Part shown: piece by piece, positions 28,120-42,500 of the stretch
Position numbering within the stretch: the first letter of the stretch is position 1
Layout: each line of letters starts with the position of its first letter
Virus record (IMG/VR): IMGVR_UViG_3300047510_002509
DNA from: a virus
DNA: 64,000 nt
Strand: one strand, 5' to 3'
Position numbers and translations under genes: made by a program
Notes under the pieces: model-generated
Databases searched by the model: none
Told to the model about the DNA's origin: nothing
Seen by the model: the letters and a program-made list of their open reading frames with translations, nothing else

Positions 28120-29189
28120 TAAGAATCCTCTTTAATAAGAGCTTTTAGACAAAACTCTAAATTTGCTTTTAATCTTTCATTGTCTGGCTCTAAACTAAAA
28201 GCAGCTTTAGCATGTTCTACTGCCTCTTCAAATTTTCCAAGATTAAAGGCAGAGATTGCTGCAAAGTCGTGCGGGGCAGCTCCCCAAGCTTTTGCCTCAC
28301 AAAGATACTCGAGTGGTTTTTCCACAATAGCAAGAGCATCTACAGATGCTTCATAACACTTTTCCCAATCCTTGCGTTGATAGTAGAGTTCTGCAAGATC
28401 AACAAATGGCTCTCGTCTACCGGGTGCTTGCGCAATTGCTTTACGAAACCAAACCTCTGACTCTGCAGGAAGAGACTTACCAATAAATCTCATAGAAGCA
28501 GCACGTTCAGGTGCCCACCGAGCTGTAGGAAGTTCAAGATGACGCTTAAGCTCTGCCGCGGCTTGTTGATACTGACCATAAAAATAAAGTTCGCGCCCAT
28601 AATAAAAAGCATTACGGTCGTTATATGGGTCCTCTTGAACTGACATCGCAAGGAGTGGGAGATATTGGGACCTAGACTTTGTTGGGTCTGGGTGGTGGTG
28701 GGTTTCTACGCCCTCAAGCCACTCTTGAACTTCTTCGCGTCCGTATACATACAAGCACTCATGTACTGGGTGACGCCAACGATAATTTTTGCGAGTGTGG
28801 ATGTGGTCGTAAGAAAATTCAAGTCCTGGTGTTCCATCATCATTCCAAGACCAGATGTGCTTATACCGAGGACGAGTAACTCCTCGCTCCCAAGCTCGAC
28901 GTAATGGTTCTCTCCAATTTGGAGTAATTACTTCATCCATATCAAGAGATATGCACATGTCAATATCAATTGGTAACGCAGCCATAGCCGCGTTTCTTGC
29001 ATCATCGAATCTCCATGGAGAGACCCGAACATCAACTACATTGATTCCTAATTCTTTTGCACGTTCTACAGTTCCATCAGTTGAACCTGTGTCGGCTATC
29101 AGCAAGTAGTCAGCATCTTTTGCAGCTTCGTACCATGTGTCTACAAATTGACGTTCGTTTAAAGCAATTGTGTATATAGCTACCTTCAT
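28119..29189 (-). CDS. GT2 glycosyltransferase with TPR domain
   Basis: IALNE, DTGSTDGT, WRFDDARN, LDMDE (DxD) and HPVHE, then helical TPR-like repeats. Confidence 0.9.
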   Translation of the reverse strand: MKVAIYTIALNERQFVDTWYEAAKDADYLLIADTGSTDGTVERAKELGINVVDVRVSPWRFDDARNAAMAALPIDIDMCISLDMDEVITPNWREPLRRAWERGVTRPRYKHIWSWNDDGTPGLEFSYDHIHTRKNYRWRHPVHECLYVYGREEVQEWLEGVETHHHPDPTKSRSQYLPLLAMSVQEDPYNDRNAFYYGRELYFYGQYQQAAAELKRHLELPTARWAPERAASMRFIGKSLPAESEVWFRKAIAQAPGRREPFVDLAELYYQRKDWEKCYEASVDALAIVEKPLEYLCEAKAWGAAPHDFAAISAFNLGKFEEAVEHAKAAFSLEPDNERLKANLEFCLKALIKEDS

Positions 29190-29198
29190 ATGGATATC

Positions 29199-29777
29199 CT
29201 ATCTTGTTCTTCGGTACCAACGCTGGTAGCCATCAACTATTACTTCAATTTTGTCTGAGTTAACTACAGAAAAAGCATCAATAGCCAGTTTTGGCTCATT
29301 TAACACACCTAATCCAGCTGACCATCTATAATCATCAAAAGCTATAATGCCTCCAACGTTAAGGCACTCTAGAGCATTAACTGCATCTTTTAGGACCCCA
29401 TAGGCTGTATGGTCCCCATCAACGTAAATAAAATCATATTTTTCTAAATTATTTTTAAAAAACCAATCACTGCTGGATTTTACTTTTACAATTTTTCTGC
29501 TGTCTCGGGCGTCTTTTGTTTTTGAATCATACACCTGCTCTACAGTCCCCCAATTCATCTGATGATGCGAAGGCTCGTCAGATCCCTCCCACGTGTCAAC
29601 GTCAATCAAAACAGAGTTTGGATTATGCCGTAAAACGTTATTCCACAACCATAGAGATGCATCACCTGTGTAGGCACCTATTTGAAGCATTCTTGCTGGT
29701 TTATCTTTATATGCCATTAAATGAGCATTAAAATTAACTTCACCATCATTAGCAAACCAATTAGGTAGTGTTGTCAT
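29199..29777 (-). CDS. Class I SAM-dependent methyltransferase (Methyltransf_24-like)
   Basis: LQIGAYTG, VDTWEGS, YDFIYVDGDH and GGIIAFDDY. Confidence 0.88.
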   Translation of the reverse strand: MTTLPNWFANDGEVNFNAHLMAYKDKPARMLQIGAYTGDASLWLWNNVLRHNPNSVLIDVDTWEGSDEPSHHQMNWGTVEQVYDSKTKDARDSRKIVKVKSSSDWFFKNNLEKYDFIYVDGDHTAYGVLKDAVNALECLNVGGIIAFDDYRWSAGLGVLNEPKLAIDAFSVVNSDKIEVIVDGYQRWYRRTR

Positions 29778-29810
29778 TTTTGTCCTTTCGACCCTTAAGC
29801 CTATATTAAA

Positions 29811-30440
29811 TTATGAGTATTGGCTAGCACCACTTGCGCTGTCATTAGCTGTCCCAGACCAAAATCCATTATAAGAACCGTCAAAATATGTTCCTAAAGA
29901 GCTTGAATATTCAGCCATAGCGGAGTCTACATAGAAAACGTCAGTATTAAAAGATGAAGTAGTGACAACTCTCATAACAAAAAAGTTAGCGCTAGGGCTT
30001 TTTGTGAATGACCCGCTAAGTCTTACCCATCCGTCAGCAGCGGTTAAACTGGTTACTCCAATATTTCCACTAGCAATAGCAGCGCTTGAAACTTCTGTTT
30101 GATATTGAAGATGTCGTAAATAATATGTAGCATTTGAAGCAAGCGAGTCTAACTTTATATATGCGCTTAAATACCAAACATCATCCGTAGAGAAAAAAGG
30201 AATTCTGGTTACATTTTGAACTCCGCCTCCTGAAGTATTAGTTACTTTTAATGAAGCAGAGCCAGTATTAAATTCAGATGTAACCCTCTCTAGAGTTGTT
30301 CCAGCAAAAGATGTCCAATCAGAAGTTGAAACTTCAAAAGTAGGATTTTTAATATAATTAACCCTATACCCAAGTTCTTTTGGTTTGCTTACATCTTTTA
30401 GAGAACCTGCAGCACCAATGCAACCAACATTTACTGGCAT
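29811..30440 (-). CDS. Carbohydrate-binding (CBM4/9-like) domain protein
   Basis: NYIKNPTFE, GSASLKVT, WVRLSGSF, FYVDS and YFDGS. Start MPVNVG overlaps the upstream stop (TAATG). Confidence 0.6.
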   Translation of the reverse strand: MPVNVGCIGAAGSLKDVSKPKELGYRVNYIKNPTFEVSTSDWTSFAGTTLERVTSEFNTGSASLKVTNTSGGGVQNVTRIPFFSTDDVWYLSAYIKLDSLASNATYYLRHLQYQTEVSSAAIASGNIGVTSLTAADGWVRLSGSFTKSPSANFFVMRVVTTSSFNTDVFYVDSAMAEYSSSLGTYFDGSYNGFWSGTANDSASGASQYS

Positions 30441-30901
30441 TAAACTAGCGCCAAATCTCCAACCAAAATCCATTCGTTCTCTGCAATCTTTATCGCAGAT
30501 GCGACAGAGTACTGAGTGCGAAGTTTATTGGTTGGTGTAGACCTAACTGTGACTCCAGTGTCTCCTTCAACAGTTAACTGACCTGCGCCATATTGAAGAA
30601 AATCAATTTTCTGTCCTATAGAAAAAAGAACAGCGGCATCTGTTGGAATAGTAGCAACAAAAGCTGCACCGCTATCACACTTTAAAATTTTTCCAGCATC
30701 TGTTAGCGCAACGGTAAAAGAGGTACTTTGCGTAGATACCACTTGAGCCGTTGACCAATCACCTTGAGGCCCAGTTACACCTTGTGGACCAGTTGGACCT
30801 GTAGAACCGAGAACACCCTGAGGGCCCGTCGGACCAGTTGCACCAGCAGCAATTGGAGTCCATATTCCTCCATTAGAGTCATATGATTTAATTACTGGCA
30901 T
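30440..30901 (-). CDS. Short collagen-like fibre protein
   Basis: About 10 GXY triplets, then a C-terminal beta domain shared with 47241..49130. Confidence 0.75.
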   Translation of the reverse strand: MPVIKSYDSNGGIWTPIAAGATGPTGPQGVLGSTGPTGPQGVTGPQGDWSTAQVVSTQSTSFTVALTDAGKILKCDSGAAFVATIPTDAAVLFSIGQKIDFLQYGAGQLTVEGDTGVTVRSTPTNKLRTQYSVASAIKIAENEWILVGDLALV

Positions 30902-30917
30902 ATATCTTCACCTACCT

Positions 30918-32504
30918 CTATGGAATAGCGTGCGTCCAAAGAGCACGGTTAGACGTTGCAACATCAGCGGATAGTACTGATGAAGGTAAATCGGTTTGTG
31001 CAGCTACTGCCCCAGATATTCTAGGAGAAAGAGCAAGAATTGAATTTATCGCGGTTGAAGATGTGTGCGAATGACCAGCTACTGTAGGAAGAGTATTAGC
31101 AGTGGTAATTAAAAGTGCATAAGCATATGTAGTACCAGCTGTCTTAGACCAAGGTGAGGCTAAAGTAACTTCATATGAAGTGTTAGCTGCAGAAAATACA
31201 GATGTGTCACTGGCTGTAGATGCTACTAAAGTTAAATCTCCAGTGGTGTTGTCTACTGAATATACTCCCATTTTAACTAAAGTCGGTGTAGCTCCTGCTG
31301 CTGTTCCACAGGACATAGAAAGTTTTGTTATTGTTTCTGTTTTAGTTGCTTTTCTGTATGTCAAAAGCATAGTTCCAGAAGTTCCGTAAGAAAGGTTAGC
31401 TATAGCAGCTTTTCTGCTAATGCTAGCTTCTCCTAAAGTTAGAACGTCAATGTCAAATAGCTGATTATCCAAGTTTGTAATTTGAGATGTAGAAAGTGTG
31501 AGTTCATCAGCGCCTCCAACAGAGTGTGTAGAGGCGTGAGATAAAATTGCTGCATCTACAGTTGTATCTACCCAAATTAATGAAGTATTTGCTGGAGGTG
31601 TTGCACCAACTTCAATACCAGTATCACCTGTAGAACCCGTAGGACCAGTTGGACCTTCTGGTCCAGTTGGACCAGTTGGACCTTCAGGACCTGTAGGACC
31701 AGTTGGACCAGCAGCACCAGTTGGACCACCAGGTTCTCCCGGGGCACCTGTTGGACCTGTTGCGCCATCAGCACCACCAATACCTTGAGGACCTTGAACA
31801 CCTGTAGGTCCAGTAGGACCAGTAACACCGATTGGGCCAACAAGAGCCCACTCTTGGTTTAAGTCAGACCACGCGTATACAAACTCTTGACCAACAACAT
31901 AAGCATCACCAATTGCACCAATTGGGTTATCTGCTTGAAGGAGAGCTAAAGTTGAATAAGTACCAAGAATACGAACACTAGAACCTTGTGGACCAGTAGG
32001 ACCCGAAGGACCAGTAGGACCAAATGGACCTTCAGGACCAGTAGGGCCAGTAGGGGCAACAGTTGCCACTGTATTAAATCCATTACCTACATAAACTTTT
32101 ACTTCATCAGTTTCGGAGTCAATCCAAATGTCACCAATAGTTGGAAATCCAGGCTGAGTAGGGGTATATACGACATTGGCTCTACCAGCTTGGTCATACA
32201 GCAGTGTGCATGAAAAATTTGCAAGAGAGGTTGAAGATCTTACCCATACTTGATCTCCAACGTTTAAAGCAAATCTAAAAGTCTCAAAAGATTGACCAAC
32301 ACTTACAGACAAATTGTCGACAATATACGACCTAGTTGCTTCTACGCCAAGTGCTTCAGCTGGTTCAACATAAATACTTACAAGACTTTCTATATTTGCC
32401 CTATTAGCAACAATTACAGAAGCCACGCCAGCAGTGTCATTTGTGGCTAAAAGAGTGGCAACATTAGAGTTGGGGGTAGCAAGACCGAGGCGTTTTACTG
32501 GCAC
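30918..32504 (-). CDS. Collagen-like protein
   Basis: GPT/GPX tracts. N-terminal domain paralogous to 34157..36538. Confidence 0.85.
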   Translation of the reverse strand: MPVKRLGLATPNSNVATLLATNDTAGVASVIVANRANIESLVSIYVEPAEALGVEATRSYIVDNLSVSVGQSFETFRFALNVGDQVWVRSSTSLANFSCTLLYDQAGRANVVYTPTQPGFPTIGDIWIDSETDEVKVYVGNGFNTVATVAPTGPTGPEGPFGPTGPSGPTGPQGSSVRILGTYSTLALLQADNPIGAIGDAYVVGQEFVYAWSDLNQEWALVGPIGVTGPTGPTGVQGPQGIGGADGATGPTGAPGEPGGPTGAAGPTGPTGPEGPTGPTGPEGPTGPTGSTGDTGIEVGATPPANTSLIWVDTTVDAAILSHASTHSVGGADELTLSTSQITNLDNQLFDIDVLTLGEASISRKAAIANLSYGTSGTMLLTYRKATKTETITKLSMSCGTAAGATPTLVKMGVYSVDNTTGDLTLVASTASDTSVFSAANTSYEVTLASPWSKTAGTTYAYALLITTANTLPTVAGHSHTSSTAINSILALSPRISGAVAAQTDLPSSVLSADVATSNRALWTHAIP

Positions 32505-32557
32505 AAGTCACTCCTTACTGCGTCTGCTGATGTCCTCATAATTATACCTTTAACTTC

Positions 32558-34144
32558 CTAGACTGTAGCCCTAAAGAACGAAAAGACACGCTGTGAGCCC
32601 ATGGGGACATACATAATCTTATTTTCCCCCCCGTGTAGGCTGTTCACGGAAGTATAATCGTCATCTAGCCCAGTTGTATACATAACACTTAAAGCTTTGT
32701 TTCTAATAAATGCTATCACTCTTCTGGGGTCCCAATCTGGGTGCATTTGATACACAAGGGCAGCGACCCCAGCTACCTGTGGGGCAGCCATTGATGTGCC
32801 AGATAGGAGTTGCTGTTTAAAAGAATTATTCAAAAAATAAGCAAAGTTACTGTTGTCATCATTTACTGCGCTCATGGCGCTAATAATTCTAGAGCCAGCT
32901 GCGTACATATTGACGCCAGGACCAGAATTACTAAAATTAGCTTTTCTATCTAACAAACCTTCAGTAGTGTGGTCAACAGCACCAACAGTAAATACTTTAT
33001 CTGAAACTGTTAAATTTCTGCCCGGTGTACCGCCTCGGTGGTAGTAGTAAAACCCGAAGTCAGTCAAAATGTAGTTATTATAATCAACTCCACCTTGTAC
33101 ATCAATTTTTAAAAATTCATTTCCCGCAGCATTACAAAATAAAATTCCAGCGTTGGCTCCAGAAGCAATATCAGCATCTACTGAAGAAACTCGGTATGGA
33201 TAAAAATATGTATCTGGGGCTACTAAAGAACCAGTGTGACCCTTTGCTGGGTCTAAAGTTGCACCACTCCAAGAAACACCTCTATAATTTCCACCACTTA
33301 TCCCAAATAAAGTTGCACTTTCATCTAATCCAAAAGAAAAAGCTTCTAAATCGGCACGATGAAAAACTCCATAACCCCAGCTATTGCACACTACTGTTGG
33401 TCTTCCGTTGGTTTTGTTGTTATGCCAACCAATTAAAACATCAAAAGCGGTAGCTGTGTCTAACCCCTGACCTGGGTCACGAGATGCTCTAAGACCTTCT
33501 AACTTTATAGAAAAAATTTGAGCATTTTTTGCCCAGCCAAAAGTTTTTCCAGCAACTGTTGCTGCTACGTGGGTTCCATGACCGTCATAGTCTTGATAAA
33601 ATCCATCTGGCATAGAACCAGAAACACCACTAAGAGCAAACCAATCTATAGGATTAAATCTGCTGGCATTTGAGTTTCCAACCTCAGTAAATTCTGGGTG
33701 ATTTGCTTGAATACCACTATCGATAATTACAACGTCTACGCCTGTACCATCTAAAACATAATCATATGTTCCGCTAGGATCGCCTAAGCCTGTTCCATAA
33801 ACATTAGAAGTATTTATATGTCTAAGAAGGCCCCAGTTAGCTTTTGCCCCAGTTTGGGTACTTAGCTTGTCAAAGTTTCCTTCTTGAAAAGCCAGTTTTA
33901 CTGGTTTAAACATGTTCAAATCTTGAACATCTATAACTCGAGGGTCTTCTCGTAAACGAGCAGCTTCCTCATCTGTCAACCAGTAAGAAGTGTTATTTGG
34001 ATTAGTAGGTCTTTCATTTGCAACTTCTACTGGTCTATTTGGGATGGTGTCTAAAATACTCTCAGGGGATAGCAAATCTTCCCACACAGAATCGGTAATT
34101 TCCATACTCTCTGTGGTGACTGTGTATTCCTTATATTCACTCAT
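32558..34144 (-). CDS. S8 subtilisin-like serine protease
   Basis: Triad VVIIDSG, HGTHVA, SGTSMAAP. Oxyanion AAGN and an N-terminal prodomain. Confidence 0.92.
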   Translation of the reverse strand: MSEYKEYTVTTESMEITDSVWEDLLSPESILDTIPNRPVEVANERPTNPNNTSYWLTDEEAARLREDPRVIDVQDLNMFKPVKLAFQEGNFDKLSTQTGAKANWGLLRHINTSNVYGTGLGDPSGTYDYVLDGTGVDVVIIDSGIQANHPEFTEVGNSNASRFNPIDWFALSGVSGSMPDGFYQDYDGHGTHVAATVAGKTFGWAKNAQIFSIKLEGLRASRDPGQGLDTATAFDVLIGWHNNKTNGRPTVVCNSWGYGVFHRADLEAFSFGLDESATLFGISGGNYRGVSWSGATLDPAKGHTGSLVAPDTYFYPYRVSSVDADIASGANAGILFCNAAGNEFLKIDVQGGVDYNNYILTDFGFYYYHRGGTPGRNLTVSDKVFTVGAVDHTTEGLLDRKANFSNSGPGVNMYAAGSRIISAMSAVNDDNSNFAYFLNNSFKQQLLSGTSMAAPQVAGVAALVYQMHPDWDPRRVIAFIRNKALSVMYTTGLDDDYTSVNSLHGGENKIMYVPMGSQRVFSFFRATV

Positions 34145-34156
34145 CTACCAGTCCCA

Positions 34157-36538
<2,382 letters not shown>

Positions 36539-36547
36539 GTGTCTCTC

Positions 36548-39500
36548 CTACGCCTGAGCTTCTGCCCATGACATCTTCGCTGCGGTTAGTGTTGAGTTTC
36601 CAGTCAATCGAGATACTGCAATTGTCAAGATGTCTGGACCGTCTGGGAAAATAGAGTCTCCACCAAGAATCGAGTTTGAAAGCTCGAACAGGGTTGATAC
36701 GTCTACCACGGTTGTATCTTCTGCACCACTAGCACCACCAGCGGCACGGAAGTTATAAACCTGAACTCCACCTGAAACAGTGTCTTGAGCGGTGTGCTCA
36801 ACAATCTGAGTCAAGGAAGGTGAATCTACACCAACAAAGTTTAGGTTATTTAGACGTGGATTGAGGAGAACCTTAACGTCAACCAGTTGTGTCGTAGATA
36901 CACCAATTTCTTGCAAACGTAGCTGCATTCGGTTAAGAACGTCTCGGTCTCCAAGCTTTCCAGTCAAACCTTCAGATACTGAAGGAGAGAGTCGAATTGA
37001 GAGCAATGGCTGGTAATTAGGGCCAGAGGTGTTGTTCAATGAGCCGTTTGGATACAAGAAGTAAGTGTACTGAGTGTTTCCTTGGCTAGTGAAGTTGATT
37101 ACCTCACACATAATAATGGTTGGGTCAGCACCACTTGCCACAGTTGCGGTAGGTGCTTGATAGGTAAACGCCGTGTCACTTGTTCTAGTGATGTAAAACG
37201 GACCATTTGCTACACGGGTTGAACCATATACACCAACATACATACCTGTGGTTAGGTTGTGTGGAAGTGTTGTAGTAATAGTTACTGTAGTACCAGCTTG
37301 AGCACTAGTAATGGCTTGACCACCAGAATAACTAGATCCCTTGCTAATTGTTACGTTAGGAGGAGTCAAGTGAATCAAGTTTGGAGAGTTAACCAAAACT
37401 CCATACAACGCATCATTTTGAAGTGTTGCGGTTGTATTAGAACCAACAATTTGAGTTGCTGGGTTTAAGTTATTTGTTCCAGGGAATCCATTAGTAGCAA
37501 TTGACTGGAACTGTAGAAGGTCACCTTGAGCAAAACCGTGACTTTGTACAGTGAACAAGTCAGTTGTTAGGTTGATGCCAGATGAAGCAAACGACTTAGC
37601 TGTGGTGCCTGGGATGTTCAAAGTCTGGCTTGTACCAGTGAACAAGTACGCGTTGTCATCATCGAATCGACCATCCATGATAACCGAAGTACCCCAGTGG
37701 AAGAGGTATGGGATATAAGTTGGGTTCTCGTAAGTCACAACTTCGTAGCGACCTGGCAAGTTACCAGAGCGGAAGTAAGACTCGAACAAGTTGTTGTTGT
37801 GAACAAACTCGTGGACGTATTGAACCTGACCATCTACAGTCTTGAAACCGAAACGAATTTTACCTGCACCGTACCAAGAGTAGTCAATGTAAGCCATCTG
37901 AATACGAGAGATGTCAAGATTATAACCAGTTGGACCAGATCCATCACAGATATCAACATTCCACTGGCTTTGAGGAATTCTTGTATCTACTGTCTTAGTA
38001 ATCACAATACCTGATTTAGCTGGGACAAAGGAGTGAGTTGTAGTAGTTCCAGTATTTGACAGATTTACGTTAACAGTCGAATCTGGGTCAGCAACAAGTT
38101 TAAAGCTGTTGTTATTAATTAGGTCTACATAATATGTACGACCGTTAATCATTCCACCAATAGGCTCACCGTCGATTGAGTTGTAAACAACTGGAAGACG
38201 ATTTGAGAATCCGTGACCAATAATGGTAATTACGTCAGTAGAAATATTAACTTGAGTTTGCGGATTAAACTCTTTCTCTGTTCCAGAAGATCCCTTATAC
38301 TCAGGTCTAACTGACATACGAGTGTCTGATGTAATTTCAGTGATACGGTAAGACTGACCGCGCATAACTACATAATCGCCCACATCCAACTGAGCTTGGA
38401 AGCTGGTGTTATTTCCAAAAATAATCTCTGAACCTTGAAGAGCAGAAGCTGTACCAGCTAGCTGCTGAGTGGATGAACGACGGACACAGTAGATTGCTTC
38501 TCCATCGAACTCAAAGAAGGCACCGTTCTGGAAGTCAAACATACCTTCACGTACAGCACCATTTTCCCACTCGCGGACATAGAACTGAGGGAATCCGTAA
38601 GCTCTAGACTCTACAATTGGCTCTTTTGCAGTAAAGCGGAAAGTCGTCAAATCAACAACAGTGACTTGGAATTCTCCGTTATATACAGTACTTACATCTC
38701 CAAAAGAGTCTTCAGCAGCATTAATTACAATAAACAAACCAGAGACAAGACCGTGAGGGCGTCGAGTCTTACATTCAATAGTAATCTCGCTAAATTTAGT
38801 CATGCTCTCTAGGTCAATTGAAGGCTGGAAGTTGACACCGCAAGAAGACTGAATACCCTTACCTGACTGATAACGGAAGTACTTACGAGTCTGACGAACA
38901 ATCTGACCAAATGATGTCTTAGAACCTACCGACATCTCAACGCCACCGTCGAATGGACGGTGCAGTGAGTAGCCCTGCGGACGTACATAGACGAAAGTTG
39001 GGTAAGAGTAAGAAACAGCGTCATATGCATTTGCATATGGTCGGTCTACAGTGATCTGTGTGTCACCACCAATAGCGGTAATCTTTCTAATAATAGGTCC
39101 CACTGGGGCTGTACTAGTTAGAGAGAAAGCAGTTCCAGTACCTTGAGTGCTAAAGTCTACAGCTTGAAGGTTGTTATTAGCATCATTTAATGTGGTGTGA
39201 AGAGTGATTTCAGTATTTGATATAGCTCTTACATAGTAGTAGTAACCATCAACCAAAGGAGTTGGGGCCACTCCACCGTTTGTAGCAAACTTGACTACTT
39301 CTCCAGTTTCAAAATTATGAGTCTTAACAATACGGTTGTTTGTGGTGTTTACATCAACATCTGAAAATGTTTTATTTGTTCTAGACAACTGTAAATCAGT
39401 TCCAGAGCCCACAGTGGTGATGTCAATTATGTTTGTATTGGCTGTGGCATTAGCAGCTGTAGGGTGAAGAGTGAATGTTGAGCCAGCACTTACAACTCTT

Positions 39501-42500
39501 ACGTAATAAGTTGTTCCCTCTACTAAAGGAGATGGAGCAGTTCCTGAACCAGCAGAGAACACTACTGCATCAGCTGTAGCAAAAGTATTGCTCTTTGTGA
39601 TTAAGTTTGTTCCAGTGTTAACATCAGCTGCTTCAAACACGAGGGTTCCGTGTTGTTTAGTTGTGTTTGCTGGGAATAAGCGGAATCTGTCTCCAACTTT
39701 CAAAATCTTCGAGAAAGCTGTACCAGTACCGTTAACAAGAACAGAGCCTGAAACAACAGATACTGTTCCAGAACCTGTTACGTTACCGTTAATCTGGTCT
39801 GTGATTAGTTTGTGACCTACACCAGTACCCCAGTCAGTAACACTGAGAGTAATACCTGCTGCAGCATTTTCTGCAGATGTTGCGAGCTTTAAGTAGTCTC
39901 TGTTAATAGCTACAACATAGTATTGTGTGTTATTTATTAATCCACCAATATCTGTAGCAGAATCTCCCTGTTCGTATGTAACCTCAGTACCAGTTGTGAA
40001 ACCATGAGACGGCAAGAAGAAGGTGTCGGCTTCAAGGTTTACAGTAGATCTTGGGTTAAATACTTTAGTAATAATTGGAACGTTACCAGCTGCTTCTACA
40101 GTAAATGTGGTTGCAGACGGTGTAGATGTGATGGTGTAAATTCCATCTGGAGTCTTGCTTAGTGAGCGTAGAGTATGACGACCAACGCCAAGTGGGGTAT
40201 CAGTGAGATCTACAGCAGTTCCAGCATCTGCTTCTTCTGGTGTAGTAGCAAGTTTAATGTTGTCACCATCTATGAAAATTACATAGTAAGGAGTAGCAGT
40301 AGTTAGCCCATCTACAGCTGTCTGACCCTTGCTGTCATATTCAACCAACTCTCCTTGCAGGAACCCATGGCCTGGCAAAGTTATAGTGTTAGTTGCGTAA
40401 TCAAGAGAAGTAATAAATAAGGAGTGGGTTCCAGTAGCAGGCCACGGTTCTTGACTTGTTATATTTGCAATAACAGTAAGAGCTTTATTCGTAGCAAGTC
40501 TAACAATGCTATTGTCAACCTTAACAATGTAATAAGTAGTGTTATCAGTCAAACCAGGAATAACAGTGTTGGCTTCCAAACCTTTGGAGTAGCGCACTGC
40601 CTGACCAGATACAAGACCGTGGTTAGGGATGTAGAGAGTGTCTTCCAGTGCATTAACAGTTAGGAAGATAAAGCTGTGACCCGTACCAGTTCCAGCACCT
40701 GTAAAGTTGATAAATGTTGGAGAATTAAGAGAAGACTTCAAACGAATCTGGTTAGCATTTAAAACCTCAGCGACATAGTAAGTGGCTTGGTCAATAAGAG
40801 GAGTAATTGCAGTTCCATCACCAACGCTATAACGAAGAGGCTGGTCAACCAAAAATCCATGGTTACTAATAGTCAAAGTATCTGTTGCAGTATTTACAAC
40901 AACTCGACTGATCTTAGAGGTAGTAGAAACTTCTCTAGAAGATGGTGAAATTAAATTGATGTTTGTAAAGCTAGGAGAAGGGGTTGTACTCAAACGATAG
41001 CTAAATGCATCAATAGTGTTTACATAATAAATACCATTGTTTTGAATTCCAGTTGGTGGAACCCCATTAAACGACACTTGGATTGCCTCACCATTATTTA
41101 ATGTATGTAAGGCAGCACTATGAATTGCATCGTTTTGAATATCAAGATTAATTGGTACAAATGAGTGATATGAAGAACCAGCTGGCTCTATTGCAATAGC
41201 ATTAGTTCCATTTTCAGCATCTTGAGCAGTTGGGTGCACGCTGTTACCAGTAGTAAAGCTAGAAACCAAAGTTACTGCAACTTGTCCTTCACCAGTGTGA
41301 TATGCATTTAGATTTGCAATAAGGGTTCCATTGAATGTGTTGGCACCATCAAAAAATCCTGTAGAAGTTTTAACGTTTGCGGCTGTAGCCACAACGAATG
41401 AACCACCACCACCACCAGAATGGTTAGCAGTTGTAGAGCGAGCTCCACCACCACCTGAGTAGCCACCGCCACCACCAGACTGACCAGTTACGTTTCCGTC
41501 TGACTGACCACCGCCACCAAAACCACCATAACCACCAACAAGAGTGTTAGTGCCCATTGTCAAACCATCAAGGAACGAACCACCACCAAGTGTTGTTGTG
41601 TTACCAAATCCACCGTTTTGTCCGCGAGAGAAGAAACCTCCACCAGCAGCAGAACGACCAAATGGGTTAGTAGAACGACCACCAAAACCTGCTTGACCAC
41701 CAGCTGGTTGATTATTAGTAGATGTACCGCCTAATTGAGTAAGAACAGCATCTCGTCCAGCACCAACGTTAGACTCACCAGAACCTCCACCAGCAACAAA
41801 TAAAGGCTCATTACCAGTTTTACGAACAACAAATGTTCCACCACCAGAGCCGCCCCAAGTAGTTCCAGAAGAGGGCGCAGCTCCTTGCTGACCAACGGCA
41901 ATTGTAATTACTTCACCCTTAGTTAGTGCAATTTCACCTTCAACAATTGCGCCTCTACCTATACCGCCAGAACCAGCGCCATTGTAGCCTGATGCACCTC
42001 TAACATTAAATCTGTAAATACCAGAAACTGGAACTGTCCAGTCTTGGTAACCAACAAAAGCACCTTGAACTAGATATGTCTCATCCCAAGTGGTGCTGTA
42101 TGAAGCACGCATTTCCTGTTGGGTAGGGCCAACTCTTCCTGTTTTTCCGCATGTTGTAAATGTGTGGCTGGTAAATGCATAAAGAGCCTGAGAACCCGCG
42201 AACTCAGAAATAGAGACGTTCTTTAAGAAGTATGTGTCTCCACTTGTAAGCCCTGTGATTGGGGTTCCGTTTGTGTAATACTTAACCGCTTGGTTTGTAG
42301 GAGTTGATGCGTCTATGTTTAGTTTATTAGAGAAAACAATTGGTGTATTAAATTTAATAGAGCCAGCCACGCTGTCAGTAAAATCGAGTGCAGTTCCATT
42401 AAAAGTTGTGCTAAATTTTAATTTTTTAGGTTCAGTAGTTGTAACGTAAACAAGACCATTTTCTGTAAAACCTGTTACAGAACCAACACCAGAGGTGTAT

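Noticed and set aside
30441-30473. Tracked longer starts for 29811..30473 (and likewise 46319..47284, 9703..12048)
   Set aside because: They overlap upstream genes. Downstream ATGs coupled to the preceding stops fit better.
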